DNA of 63,723 bases, filler included, from an uncultured Methanosarcinales archaeon (lineage in GTDB: Archaea > Nanobdellota > Nanobdellia > Woesearchaeales > CAYXTQ01), in NCBI GenBank assembly GCA_964608065.1. It is 3 parts of 3 records of this genome, joined end to end, with 100 filler letters (N's around TTAATTAATTAA, not from the genome) between each part and the next. Parts side by side here need not be neighbours in the genome. Positions count along the whole stretch, not along the records: positions 45,257 to 63,723 come from CAZSMA010000021.1; 2 more parts are not named here. The stretch is one strand, 5' to 3'. Both the position numbers and the translations under genes were made by a program. Of this stretch, positions 49,412 through 59,489 are shown in pieces; position 1 is the first letter of the stretch; each line of letters starts with the position of its first letter. Below the pieces are notes generated by a model. It was not told the origin of the DNA and ran no database searches. It saw only the letters and a program-made list of their open reading frames with translations.

Positions 49412-50398
49412 ATGAAATCATCTGAATTAGTAAAAGCAATTTTCAGATATATTAAAGAAACAGAACCCGGTTCTTTTATAGATACAGTAGTATCAAATCA
49501 ACCAGTTGTATCAAATAACAAAATCAATGCAGATTTACATACACACCCTTATATCTCGTCAATTAGTGATTTGTATGATACATTAGATATTCTTGTAAAA
49601 CATAATGTTGATTTATGTGCAATTACAGTCCGTGCTAAAGGTGATAACAAGGAATTTGATTTCAGGAATGTTAAAAACTTGATTGAAGGAAAAAAAAATC
49701 TTGCATCAAAATTGGACTATGGTGATCATGGAAAATTCTTTCAAGTAAACTATAATGATAAAACTTTAAGATTTGTTGGGGCTTATGAGACTGAGGTATT
49801 ATTAGATGGAGTAAATGGAAAATTACATGTTGTTAGTTTAATGCCTGATTTGGAATTTGAAGAATATACTAAAGATGGAAGAAAACTTGAAGAGTGTATT
49901 AAACTAAGTAGGGATTATGGATCTATTATAATTGGTGCACACCCTTACACAATATGGGATCCACATGGACCAAAAAACATTATTAAGTTTAGATTAGCTA
50001 CACCAGATGAAAGAAAAAGGATTAATAACCAGTTGTTTCCTGTGGTAGATGCTGTTGATTTAGTGTCTTCAAATTGTTTGTGGATGATAAAGAGTAGTGA
50101 ATTATTGCAAGGAGATTTACATGAGATCAATAAACAATTGGAAAAAGAAGGTTACAAAATAATACCTTTATTAGGAAATTCTGATGCTCGTGCAAGGAGC
50201 CATTATACAAGGAATGAAATAGGAAGGTCTGGAAACATTTTTGAGTTAAGTGAGTATGAGTCGGATGATGAATTAAGAGCTCAATTAAGAAATAAAATCG
50301 AATTAAATGATTTTGAAAAGTATTTTCAACATACACCTTCTTTGAGGTTTTTATATGCAGTTTTAAGAAATAAAATACCTACAAATATTCTTAAATAA
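49412..50398 (+). CDS. PHP-like domain protein, partly degenerate
   Basis: ADLHTH, GAHPY, GNSDAR (His replaced). Confidence 0.6.
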   Translation: MKSSELVKAIFRYIKETEPGSFIDTVVSNQPVVSNNKINADLHTHPYISSISDLYDTLDILVKHNVDLCAITVRAKGDNKEFDFRNVKNLIEGKKNLASKLDYGDHGKFFQVNYNDKTLRFVGAYETEVLLDGVNGKLHVVSLMPDLEFEEYTKDGRKLEECIKLSRDYGSIIIGAHPYTIWDPHGPKNIIKFRLATPDERKRINNQLFPVVDAVDLVSSNCLWMIKSSELLQGDLHEINKQLEKEGYKIIPLLGNSDARARSHYTRNEIGRSGNIFELSEYESDDELRAQLRNKIELNDFEKYFQHTPSLRFLYAVLRNKIPTNILK

Positions 50399-50915
50399 AG
50401 TCAGAGATTTTGTGCTTTACTTCTTCATGCCATAACCAACCAAGTAAGAGTAAGGCATCTAATGCAATAGGTATTTCTTTCATGCTAAAGTAACTTAGTA
50501 AGTGTATTTTCCATCCTTGTAATGTAAAAGGAAATAACCACATAATACCTTCAAATCTACCTCCACCTATAAGGTAATCCAGGAGTAAATGAAGCATTAT
50601 TGCAAAAGCTGCAACAAAGAAATACATTGATATTTTATGTTGTTTTTTTTTTAAAAATACGAACCCAGGTATTAGGAACAATAATGCAAAGAAAGGTGTG
50701 TGAGTAATACCTCCATGCTGAAAGAGCCATGGAACATTTAAGTTTAGAAGGTTTGTAACCATTCTTATAGGGTAATCTATATCTGGCAATAATCCAAAGA
50801 ATCCTGCTATAAAAAGTGTGTGTAATGTGAAGTACTTCTTATGTTTTGTAACATAGTCTCTGTACAATCCAACTAATATTACAGATATTAAAACATGTGT
50901 TACTGCTAGAGGCAT
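50391..50915 (-). CDS. Membrane metal-dependent hydrolase (YdjM-like)
   Basis: TH, LLPDID, HGGITHT, HLLLD. Confidence 0.85.
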   Translation of the reverse strand: MPLAVTHVLISVILVGLYRDYVTKHKKYFTLHTLFIAGFFGLLPDIDYPIRMVTNLLNLNVPWLFQHGGITHTPFFALLFLIPGFVFLKKKQHKISMYFFVAAFAIMLHLLLDYLIGGGRFEGIMWLFPFTLQGWKIHLLSYFSMKEIPIALDALLLLGWLWHEEVKHKISDFI

Positions 50916-51088
50916 ATGAAAATTTATAATTTTAAATTTTAAAAAGCTTTCTAAAAAACAAGGTTTTTCAATTTTCTAAAACCAAAAGTTTAAACAAGAG
51001 AAATTGCAAGCAATTTCTAAGCTTAAAGCTCTTGGAAATTTAAAATTTCCAAAAGCTTTAAATAATCTTTCTAGCTAAATAAGAACTG

Positions 51089-52750
51089 ATGGATATTATA
51101 AAAAAAATTAAGGATATAAAGAGGTTTGAGCAGATAGTTCATGCACTTTTCAAGTATGAGTTTGGTTTTATAATAAAGAATTTAAACTTAAAAGAACATC
51201 TGTCATTACATCAGAGACTGCAAAAAGAAAAGTTCAAAGAAAGGGAAGCAGAACCTCAGAAGATAAGACTTTTATTACAGGAGTTAGGTGGTGCTTTTGT
51301 TAAACTTGGACAAATAATTAGCTTGAGACCTGATCTTCTTCCTATTGAGTACATCAAAGAATTAGAAAAATTACAGGACGAAGTTCCAGCATTCCCTTTT
51401 GAAGATGTAAAAAGAGAAATAGAAGACGAATTTAAGAAACCATTAAATGAAATTTTTTCTGAGTTTGAGGAAAAGCCGATTGCAGCAGCTTCTATTGCAC
51501 AGGTCCATAAAGCAAAGTTAAAAACAGGTGAGCAGGTAGCTGTTAAAGTTCAAAGACCCAATATAAAAGAACTCATGGGACATGATATAGATATTATGTT
51601 TTATTTTTCCAATCTTTTAGAAAAACATATTCCAAAATTAAAAGAGTATAATTTTGGAGGAGTTGTAAAAGAGTTCTCAGAATGGACTTATAAAGAATTA
51701 AACTTTAAGATAGAGGCAAAGAATGCAAGGATTTTCAAGAATAATTTTGAAAATTCAAAAACAGTGTACATCCCTAAAGTTTATGAAGAGTATACTACTG
51801 AAAAAATACTGACTTTAGAGTTTTTAGATGCTGTTGAGTTACATGATATAGAGGAAGTGAAGAAAAGAAAGGACCTAAATATAAGAACATTAATAAAAAA
51901 TGGTTTTGATGCAGTTCTTACACAAATATTTATACATGGTTTTTTTCATGCTGATCCTCATCCTGGAAATATCTTAGTTTTGAAAAATAATGTAATAAGT
52001 TTTGTGGATTTTGGTATAGTTGGTTATTTTGATGATGATCTAAAAAAAAAAAGTACAGATGTATTTTGCGGTATAATAGAGAACAATGTAGATAAAATTA
52101 CTAATGCGTTCCTTGATATGGGCTTGGTGGCAGATAAAGATTTAACTTTGTTTAAACTAGACTTAGAAGAAATAATAAAACCATTGCAGACAGCTTCTTT
52201 GAATGATATAAAGATAAGCTATGTGCTTGAAGAAGTTTTAGCATTAGCTCATAAACATAAAGTCAGGTTTCCTTTGGATTTTGTATTGTTTGGAAAGACA
52301 GTAGTCACTTTAGAAGGCCTTGCTTTAAGTTTTGATCCTGAGTTCAAATTAGTAAGAAGTTCTAAACCATTTTTGAGGAAATTAATTAAGATGAAAACAT
52401 CTCCAAAACATGTTTATAAAAGATTAATTTATCAGTCAAATAAGCTTAAGGATTTTTTTGTCAATCTGCCTGATAAGACTAATTTATTCTTGAGAAAAGC
52501 AGAAGAAGCAGATACTGATATAAAAGAGATAGATAAAGACCTAAAAAGCTTAATAGTAGAGATGGATAAATCAAGTAATAGGGTTACTCTTGGTTTGATA
52601 ATAACTGCTTTAGTGATTGCGTCAGCATTTTTAATGCCTTATAATCAGTTGTCAATAATGGATATGCCTTTTTTTTCAACTATAGGTTTTTTCCTTGCTT
52701 TTGTGCTTATTGTTGTGCTGATAGCTTCTGTAATTAATGAAAAGAGGTAA
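51089..52750 (+). CDS. UbiB/ABC1 family atypical kinase
   Basis: FVKLGQ, AAASIAQVH, VAVKVQRP, FHADPHPGN, DFG; two C-terminal TMs. Confidence 0.93.
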   Translation: MDIIKKIKDIKRFEQIVHALFKYEFGFIIKNLNLKEHLSLHQRLQKEKFKEREAEPQKIRLLLQELGGAFVKLGQIISLRPDLLPIEYIKELEKLQDEVPAFPFEDVKREIEDEFKKPLNEIFSEFEEKPIAAASIAQVHKAKLKTGEQVAVKVQRPNIKELMGHDIDIMFYFSNLLEKHIPKLKEYNFGGVVKEFSEWTYKELNFKIEAKNARIFKNNFENSKTVYIPKVYEEYTTEKILTLEFLDAVELHDIEEVKKRKDLNIRTLIKNGFDAVLTQIFIHGFFHADPHPGNILVLKNNVISFVDFGIVGYFDDDLKKKSTDVFCGIIENNVDKITNAFLDMGLVADKDLTLFKLDLEEIIKPLQTASLNDIKISYVLEEVLALAHKHKVRFPLDFVLFGKTVVTLEGLALSFDPEFKLVRSSKPFLRKLIKMKTSPKHVYKRLIYQSNKLKDFFVNLPDKTNLFLRKAEEADTDIKEIDKDLKSLIVEMDKSSNRVTLGLIITALVIASAFLMPYNQLSIMDMPFFSTIGFFLAFVLIVVLIASVINEKR

Positions 52751-52854
52751 CGAAAATCTTTGATTTTCGGAACCCACGAGAAAACCTAAGGGTTTTCTGT
52801 GTCCTGAAAATCCAATGGATTTTCATGATCCTCGTAAACTCGGAGGTGAGTACT
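52751..52854 (+). repeat. Palindrome cassette between the ubiB-like and phasin-like genes
   Basis: CGAAAATC-TTT-GATTTTCG, AGAAAACC-TAAG-GGTTTTCT, TGAAAATCC-AAT-GGATTTTCA, ACTC-GGAGGT-GAGT, then ATG. Confidence 0.75.
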
Positions 52855-53256
52855 ATGTTTACAACATTAAAAAAAATGTTGAATTTAGGTGTTGAGATAG
52901 CTTCAATAACTAAGAATGAAGCTGAGAGAGAAATTAAGAAGTTAGTAAAGTCTAAGAAGATTTCTGCAAAAGAAGGCAAAGCTTTAGTGAAGAAGATGCT
53001 GCAGGAAGCCGCAAAAAGAAAAAAAATACTTGTTAAAATAAAGAAAGAAGGAACAGCAGCTGCAAAAAGAGTCTACAAGAAAGTAAAGCCAATAGTAAAA
53101 AAAAAAGGAAAAGCTTTAGCTAAATCTGCTATAAGGAAAGTAAAAAGAAAAATCCCTAAAGTGAAAAGAAAAGTTAAGAGGGTAATTAGGAAAGTTAGAA
53201 GTAGAAAAAGGTATTTTTTTTTTTTTTTAAAATATTTTCAACTTACTTTCTTCTAG
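52855..53256 (+). CDS. Phasin-like N-domain with highly basic Lys/Arg tail
   Basis: [42 protein letters not shown] before ATG 52855; 3' end runs through a T tract. Confidence 0.65.
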   Translation: MFTTLKKMLNLGVEIASITKNEAEREIKKLVKSKKISAKEGKALVKKMLQEAAKRKKILVKIKKEGTAAAKRVYKKVKPIVKKKGKALAKSAIRKVKRKIPKVKRKVKRVIRKVRSRKRYFFFFLKYFQLTFF

Positions 53257-55215
53257 TTTAATTAATTTTTCATATTCAGAATCAACATGTTCTTGGATTT
53301 CTTTGATGTGTTCTGGTTGTAGATGCTTAAAACGTCCCTGTAGTTTTAAGAACTCTTCAACAGGTTTAGGATTTTCATTTCTTTTGTTAATTTTTATATA
53401 ACCTTTTTCTATCTCAAACAACGGGTAAATATTGGTCTGGAATCCTAATTTTGATAATTTAATTGCAGCATTATCTGCATGTTTCCATCCAGGTTGGCAG
53501 GGAGCCATTACTTGGATATAAGCAGGGCCGTTAAAAGCTAAACCTTTTTGAACTTTATTGATTAAATCCTGAGGAAATGAGAGGTTAGCAGTTGCGACAT
53601 AAGCTCCATGCGCAGCTATGATAAATGGCATGTCTTTATTGAATTCTGTTTTTCCTGGAATCTTTTTACCAGCAGGACTAGTAGTTGTTGCAGCATATTT
53701 TGGAGTTGCACTGCTTCTTTGGATTCCTGTATTATGTACAACTATACCGTCTGCAATAAAATTATGTTCACCTTCAACTCTTAAATCTAGGGTAGGTTCT
53801 TCCCTAACAAATTTTATAGATTCTATCATTTCTGTACTGAAAAACTCATTATCTACTAAAAAATCTCTACTTTTTGATTGAGAAGGATATTTTTCAAAAT
53901 TAACCCTTTTTTTCTTACTAAAACAAATATATCCATATGTAGAATCTTCCAATAATTGCCTATAAACAACATGTGTTCCTTTTTTCTTTGTTTGTTGGTG
54001 AATTTTTCCAACCCTATAGTTCATTGTTTGCAATAACAATCTTAATGTTTTTAACAAATTAATGCTGGCAGAAACATATCTGTGGCTTTTTTCAATTATA
54101 TAACCATCAGATAACATCAAGCCTTTCAAAAAAGCCTCTTTTTCCTCATTAGTTAATGTAAATATCCATGGAGGAACAACTTTATTTCTTGCACCTTTTC
54201 CGAATCCTAATGAATCAATAAATCTTGCTAAATTTATCGAGTATAAATAAACATAGTTTTTATCTTTTCTAATTATTTTAGAGTTGAATAATTTTTTACA
54301 TAATTCAATAAACTTTGTTCTTCCTTTAGTGTTCTCAGGCAGTGCAAATCCTGTCTCTGCTTTTTTTGTTCTCACCCAACCATCTCCAACAAATAATCCA
54401 AGAAATTCCATTAATTCAGGAGAGCTTTCTTTTGGTAGCTTAACAAAATTTATCTTATTTACTTTGTAATCTCCTTTTTTTGAAATTTTAATAGGTTTAA
54501 ATTTAAACTTTTTTCTCTTATTTAATCTCTTGAGAAATACTATTTCATCCCTTTTTTTTAACTCTGCTAAAGTTTTCCAAACAAATGAACTTTTTTTGCC
54601 CCTTTTTAGAATTAGGAATGGATGATTGGATGTAGCTTTAATTGAATGGTGAAATGTTCTAAGCTCATAAACCTTTTTTATTCCGTTGTCAAATATTCCT
54701 GTACATTTTTTTAAAACAAGCTGATAATTTTTTTGGTTAAAAGCATAAATTTTTTCACCAACTTTCACTTTCGTTATATTTTTTAGTCCATTTTCTGTCA
54801 TAACAAATGTATCTAAACTTAAACAGTTCATATAAGCTTCATTATCATAACAAACATAACAGAAATTATGGCCTCGTTCTATTGCGCCGCTTAAAGCCTG
54901 AAAACCAATATCAAAAGTTCCACCATCACCACCCATTACAAGAATATTACTTTTTTTGTTTAATTTCTTTAAAGCTCTTTCAACACCAGAAGCAACTGCA
55001 GCAGCATTTTCAAAAGCAGCATGTATCCAAGGGACTTTCCATGCAGATTGAGGAGCAGGACTGCTGACAACTTCCATACACCCTGTTGCATGGCATACAA
55101 TTGTGTTAGGTCCAGATGCTTTCAGAGCTAATCTCATAGCTAAAGCACCTCCACAACCAGCACAAGCTCTGTGTCCTTGTGCAAATAATTCTGTTTCTGG
55201 AATATTATTAATCAT
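53227..55215 (-). CDS. porB: Pyruvate/2-oxoacid:ferredoxin oxidoreductase beta subunit, intein-containing
   Basis: [14 protein letters not shown]...DNEAYMN|TGIQRS. Confidence 0.95.
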   Translation of the reverse strand: MINNIPETELFAQGHRACAGCGGALAMRLALKASGPNTIVCHATGCMEVVSSPAPQSAWKVPWIHAAFENAAAVASGVERALKKLNKKSNILVMGGDGGTFDIGFQALSGAIERGHNFCYVCYDNEAYMNCLSLDTFVMTENGLKNITKVKVGEKIYAFNQKNYQLVLKKCTGIFDNGIKKVYELRTFHHSIKATSNHPFLILKRGKKSSFVWKTLAELKKRDEIVFLKRLNKRKKFKFKPIKISKKGDYKVNKINFVKLPKESSPELMEFLGLFVGDGWVRTKKAETGFALPENTKGRTKFIELCKKLFNSKIIRKDKNYVYLYSINLARFIDSLGFGKGARNKVVPPWIFTLTNEEKEAFLKGLMLSDGYIIEKSHRYVSASINLLKTLRLLLQTMNYRVGKIHQQTKKKGTHVVYRQLLEDSTYGYICFSKKKRVNFEKYPSQSKSRDFLVDNEFFSTEMIESIKFVREEPTLDLRVEGEHNFIADGIVVHNTGIQRSSATPKYAATTTSPAGKKIPGKTEFNKDMPFIIAAHGAYVATANLSFPQDLINKVQKGLAFNGPAYIQVMAPCQPGWKHADNAAIKLSKLGFQTNIYPLFEIEKGYIKINKRNENPKPVEEFLKLQGRFKHLQPEHIKEIQEHVDSEYEKLIKLEESKLKIF
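53731..54825 (-). mobile_element. Intein (365 aa) with LAGLIDADG homing endonuclease
   Basis: Starts CLS; block [16 protein letters not shown] and LKGLMLSDG; ends VVHN before Thr+1. Confidence 0.95.
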
Positions 55216-55481
55216 TTTTTCTTCTTCTCTTTGTCTTTCTTTTTATTCAATAAATCATTTTCAAAATTGACTCTTTCAATAAGCAGATTGCCGTCTCCTT
55301 CTTTGAAATCATAAATTTCTTTATTGACTTTAAGTTTTAAATTTTTTCCACATTTACATTTAGTAGTCTTGTAATTGACTCCTTCAATTAACTCTATCCT
55401 GAATTTTTTATCTGTTAAATCATGTTTGCAATATGGGCAAAATCTTTCCATATCTTCTTCTTTAATTATGTGATGAGCCAT
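55212..55481 (-). CDS. Small Zn-finger protein
   Basis: CPYC...CKCG; abuts porA and overlaps porB. Confidence 0.7.
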   Translation of the reverse strand: MAHHIIKEEDMERFCPYCKHDLTDKKFRIELIEGVNYKTTKCKCGKNLKLKVNKEIYDFKEGDGNLLIERVNFENDLLNKKKDKEKKKK

Positions 55482-56624
55482 TTAAAACAACCAATTTTGT
55501 TTTTTATCTCCTATTTTTTCTACAGCTTTTATCAGATGTTTTTCTGTGATATCCCTTCCCCCTAGTCCTGCAATAAAGCTGCTGATCTTTATTTTTGAAT
55601 CATATAAAGCTTCTTTTATTTCAATAAATAATGCTCCATTATTTCCAGGAGAAACACTTCTGTCAATAACTGCAAGTCCTTTGATATTTTTACAGATCTT
55701 ATTTAGTTTTTCTTTTGGGAAAGGTCTGAATGATTTAATTTTGATTAATCCAACTTTCTTTCCTTTTTCTCTTAGAGTGTCTATTACAACCCTGGATGTA
55801 CTGCATAATGTTCCCATTCCAACTATAGCAGAATCTGCATCTTCAATTTTATATGTTTCAATCAAACCATCACCATAACTTCTGTTGAATTTAGTTTTGA
55901 ATTCACTGTTTACGTTTTCAATTATTGACAATGATTTTTCCATTGCATCTTCCTGCATTTTTCTTAGTTCCATGAATGTGTCTGGAAATGCAATTGGTCC
56001 TTGTGTAATTGGTTTTTTTGGATCTAGGAAAGCATGAATTGCTTTATATGAAGGTAAAAAAGAATCAACTTGTTTTTGTGAAGGAATATCAACTGGTTCA
56101 TATACATGGCTTAGAGTAAAACCATCTAAGCAGACCATTACAGGCAGTAAAACATCTTTGTTTTCTGCTATTTTATAAGCCATAATCGTAGTGTCTAAGG
56201 CTTCTTGAGCTGATTCAACATATAATTGAAGCCATCCAGAGTCTCTAGCTGAGATTGAGTCCTGATGGTCATTCCAGATATTGATTGGAGCAGATAAAGC
56301 ACGATTAGCAACAGCCATTACAATTGGCAATCTCATTCCGGAAACTACAAAAAGTATCTCATGCATTAAAGCAAGGCCTTGTGAAGCTGTTGCTGTAAAT
56401 GTTCTTACCCCTGTAGCTTGCGCTCCTAAAGTAGCAGATAATGCACTGTGTTCTGATTCTGCATGGATCATTTCTGCATCTAAGTCACCATCATTAATGT
56501 AATCTGCAAGACGTTCCACGATGTGAGTTTGAGGGGTAATAGGATACATAGGGATAACTGCAGGTTTACATAATGCAACTCCTTTTGCTAAAGCTTCAGA
56601 AGCTTCAATTACTTTTTTAACCAT
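55482..56624 (-). CDS. porA: Pyruvate:ferredoxin oxidoreductase alpha subunit
   Basis: YPITPQT, ESEHSA, TASQGL, NRAL, GLGGRD. Confidence 0.95.
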   Translation of the reverse strand: MVKKVIEASEALAKGVALCKPAVIPMYPITPQTHIVERLADYINDGDLDAEMIHAESEHSALSATLGAQATGVRTFTATASQGLALMHEILFVVSGMRLPIVMAVANRALSAPINIWNDHQDSISARDSGWLQLYVESAQEALDTTIMAYKIAENKDVLLPVMVCLDGFTLSHVYEPVDIPSQKQVDSFLPSYKAIHAFLDPKKPITQGPIAFPDTFMELRKMQEDAMEKSLSIIENVNSEFKTKFNRSYGDGLIETYKIEDADSAIVGMGTLCSTSRVVIDTLREKGKKVGLIKIKSFRPFPKEKLNKICKNIKGLAVIDRSVSPGNNGALFIEIKEALYDSKIKISSFIAGLGGRDITEKHLIKAVEKIGDKKQNWLF

Positions 56625-56902
56625 TTTTTATACTCCTTGTTCACCCCCATATTAATTTTTCCTATAAATGGAATATCATATGAATGCATATTTTTTATTT
56701 CTTGTTCAACTTTTTTATAGTTTTTCTTTAAAGCCTTTAAAATCAAAACAGTTTCTTTGTCCTCTGTTAATTTATTTTCCCAAATATACAAACTCTCTAT
56801 TGGAAAAATATTAGCACATGCTATCAATTTTTTATTTAATAAGTTTTTAGCAATTTTTTTTGCTTCTTTATTGTCTTTGCATGTTATGTATAGCATAATC
56901 AT
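56609..56902 (-). CDS. cutA: Divalent-cation tolerance protein CutA
   Basis: LIACANIFPIESLYIWE, HSYDIP. Confidence 0.93.
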   Translation of the reverse strand: MIMLYITCKDNKEAKKIAKNLLNKKLIACANIFPIESLYIWENKLTEDKETVLILKALKKNYKKVEQEIKNMHSYDIPFIGKINMGVNKEYKKWLKK

Positions 56903-57162
56903 TTTTCTTCCTGTACCATTTCAATAGCTTTAACAGGGCATTCTTCTGCACAAATTCCACAGCCTTTACAATAATCAAAATTTGTCTCTGATCTTTTTCC
57001 ATCTTTTTGCGGAATAGAATCATCTGGACAGAACTGCCAGCAGATCATGCACTGAGTGCATTTTTTTTTTATCCAGACAGGCCTTAATGATCTCCATCCT
57101 CCTGTTTTATTTTTTACAGTAGAGCCAGGTTCTGTTATGATCCCTCCAGGGTTTAGTTTCAT
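56899..57162 (-). CDS. porD: Pyruvate:ferredoxin oxidoreductase delta subunit
   Basis: KTGGWR and two CxxCxxCxxxCP clusters. Confidence 0.95.
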   Translation of the reverse strand: MKLNPGGIITEPGSTVKNKTGGWRSLRPVWIKKKCTQCMICWQFCPDDSIPQKDGKRSETNFDYCKGCGICAEECPVKAIEMVQEEK

Positions 57163-57611
57163 GTTTTTATTTTCTCCAGATACATTTTATAATGTTTAAT
57201 AATCATTTCTTTATCTTTTTCAGTTAGTTTTCTGACAATCTTGCCAGGAACACCCATGACAACACTTTCTTTTTCAATAATTTTGTTAGGAGGCACTACT
57301 GAACCTGCTGCTATTATACACCAATCTTCTACTTTACTGTTATCAAGGACAGTTGCATTAGAACCTATTAATATATTGCTGCCAAGTGTTGCACCATGTA
57401 CAACAGAGTTGTGACCTATGCTCACATTGTCACCAATATTAACTTCACCATGAAGTGTGACATGTTCCTGTATATTTGTGTTATTGCCAATATTGATTTT
57501 GCCTTCATCCCCTCTTAAGACAGCAAAAGCCCATACACTGCAGTTTTCTCCAAACTCAACATCACCTTCTATACAGCTTTTTTCATGGATAAAATTATTT
57601 TGTTTTTTCAT
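57159..57611 (-). CDS. Gamma-carbonic anhydrase family protein
   Basis: Hexapeptide repeats; LRGD, NIQ..TLH, GH..VHG with three His ligands. Confidence 0.9.
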   Translation of the reverse strand: MKKQNNFIHEKSCIEGDVEFGENCSVWAFAVLRGDEGKINIGNNTNIQEHVTLHGEVNIGDNVSIGHNSVVHGATLGSNILIGSNATVLDNSKVEDWCIIAAGSVVPPNKIIEKESVVMGVPGKIVRKLTEKDKEMIIKHYKMYLEKIKT

Positions 57612-58137
57612 ATGCTTGTTTTACAGCAGTTTTATTTAATTCAACTAGTTTTTGTTTTCCTTCAAATCTTTCTTCAATAGCTTTATTTATTGAATCCAGA
57701 CTGACTAGTTTAGTTACTTTAGCAAAAGCACCTAATATTACAGTATTTACAATATTTCTTTTGAATATTTCCAAAGCAACAGATGTAGCATCTACTGTGC
57801 TGACTTTGAATTTTCCTTTTATTGCAAGTTCTTCAGGAGTTTTGCGTGAATTTACTATTATTGTTCCATTAGGTTTTAGACCTTCTGTTGCATTAACAGC
57901 TTCTAATAAAGAAGCGTCTAGTATCAAGACAATGTCTGGATTGTAAACATGACTTCTTAAATTGATTTGTTTATCATCTATCCTTGTGAAAGCTGTTGCA
58001 GGTGCTCCTCTACGTTCAACACCAAAACTAGGAAATGCCTGACTTTGTTTATTGTCATGGAATGCAGCTATTGCTAATATCTGAGAAGCTGTTACAGCAC
58101 CTTGTCCCCCCCTTCCTAATATCTTGATTTCTATCAT
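57595..58137 (-). CDS. porG: Pyruvate:ferredoxin oxidoreductase gamma subunit
   Basis: GRGGQG, FGVERRGAP, NTVILGA. Confidence 0.95.
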   Translation of the reverse strand: MIEIKILGRGGQGAVTASQILAIAAFHDNKQSQAFPSFGVERRGAPATAFTRIDDKQINLRSHVYNPDIVLILDASLLEAVNATEGLKPNGTIIVNSRKTPEELAIKGKFKVSTVDATSVALEIFKRNIVNTVILGAFAKVTKLVSLDSINKAIEERFEGKQKLVELNKTAVKQAYEKTK

Positions 58138-58174
58138 CGTTAATTCTATGAAGTAAAGATATTTATAAAGTTAT

Positions 58175-58242
58175 CGAAAACCTTTGGTTTTCGGAAACTT
58201 TATACTAGAAATTGTTAAAAACAATTTCTTTAGTATAAAGTT
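58175..58242. repeat. Palindrome cassette between NRAMP and porG
   Basis: CGAAAACC-TTT-GGTTTTCG followed by a long hairpin AACTTTATACTA...TAGTATAAAGTT. Confidence 0.7.
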
Positions 58243-58247
58243 AACTA

Positions 58248-59489
58248 TTAAAAACTTATATTTGGGAAAACTGTTGTTACTACCATAACTATGATTATAC
58301 CTATAAGTATTGCAATACCTGACCATGAAGCTATATTTAGCCAGGGTTTGTTTGCATACTCTCCCATCAATTTTTTGTTGTTAACTAATAATAATATTGT
58401 TATTAAAATAAATGGCAGTATGATTCCATTGATGACCTGAGAAGTTAGCATTATTTTTATTAAATGTATTTTTGGGAATAATATTATAGCAGCTGAAACA
58501 AAAAGTATCAAAGTTACCAGCCAATAGAATTGTTTTGCTTCTTTGAATTTTTTGTTAACTCCTGATTCCCATCCAAAAGCTTCACATACATAATAAGAAG
58601 TTGATAATGGCAGGATAAAAGCTCCAAATATAGCTGCTCCAAATAAACCGAAAGCAAAGAGCATAGAGGCATATTGTCCTGCTATTGGCTGTAAAGCACG
58701 TGCAGCGTCTGCAGCACTACTTACTGTAACACCATTTGTGAACAATACAGCAGCACATGTTACAATAATGAAAAAAGCAACAATATTTGTTGTTATAGAA
58801 CCAATTATAACATCCCATTTGGAATATTTGTAATTCTTGATCTTTACACCTTTTTCAACAATAGAGGACTGCAAGTAGAACTGCATCCATGGAGTTATTG
58901 TTGTTCCTATAACTCCTACGAGTAAAACCAGATAGGATTTATCAAAGCTGAATGATGGAATTAGTGTCTGCTGGATAACAAGACCCCAATCAGGTTTGGA
59001 TAAGAATCCTGATATTATATAAGTTATGTAGAAAAGAACTAAAATCATAAAGAATTTCTCAAGACTTTTATAGTTCAGCTTTATTGTTAATATCCAGATA
59101 AAAAAAGCGCATACCGGAATTAAAATATATTTATTCATGCCAAATAATTCACCTGCTGCGGCAATTCCTGCGAATTCTGAAATAGTGATAGCTAAGTTAG
59201 CAAATATTAATCCAATCATGATAAATAAAGTTATTTTTATTCCAAAATTCTCCCTGATTAAATCTGCCAGACCTTTTCCTGTCACTACACCCATCCTGGC
59301 ACACATTTCCTGTACTAAGACAAGCAAAAATGTTATCGGGATTAGGGTCCATAACAGACTATAATTAAATTGAGCACCTGCAACAGAATAAGTAGTAATA
59401 CCTCCTGCGTCATTACCAACTGTAGCTGTAATTATGCCCGGTCCAAGTATACCTAGTACAAATATGATGTGCTTAAAATTAATTTTCAT
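58248..59489 (-). CDS. NRAMP-family divalent metal transporter (NRMT/Mg-type)
   Basis: GPGIIT..GNDAGGITTYS, QEMCARMG, GTTITPW. Confidence 0.9.
   Translation of the reverse strand: MKINFKHIIFVLGILGPGIITATVGNDAGGITTYSVAGAQFNYSLLWTLIPITFLLVLVQEMCARMGVVTGKGLADLIRENFGIKITLFIMIGLIFANLAITISEFAGIAAAGELFGMNKYILIPVCAFFIWILTIKLNYKSLEKFFMILVLFYITYIISGFLSKPDWGLVIQQTLIPSFSFDKSYLVLLVGVIGTTITPWMQFYLQSSIVEKGVKIKNYKYSKWDVIIGSITTNIVAFFIIVTCAAVLFTNGVTVSSAADAARALQPIAGQYASMLFAFGLFGAAIFGAFILPLSTSYYVCEAFGWESGVNKKFKEAKQFYWLVTLILFVSAAIILFPKIHLIKIMLTSQVINGIILPFILITILLLVNNKKLMGEYANKPWLNIASWSGIAILIGIIIVMVVTTVFPNISF

Noticed and set aside
48210..58242. CRISPR array or IS ends formed by the palindromes
   Set aside because: No regular repeat-spacer periodicity, and no cas or transposase gene is present
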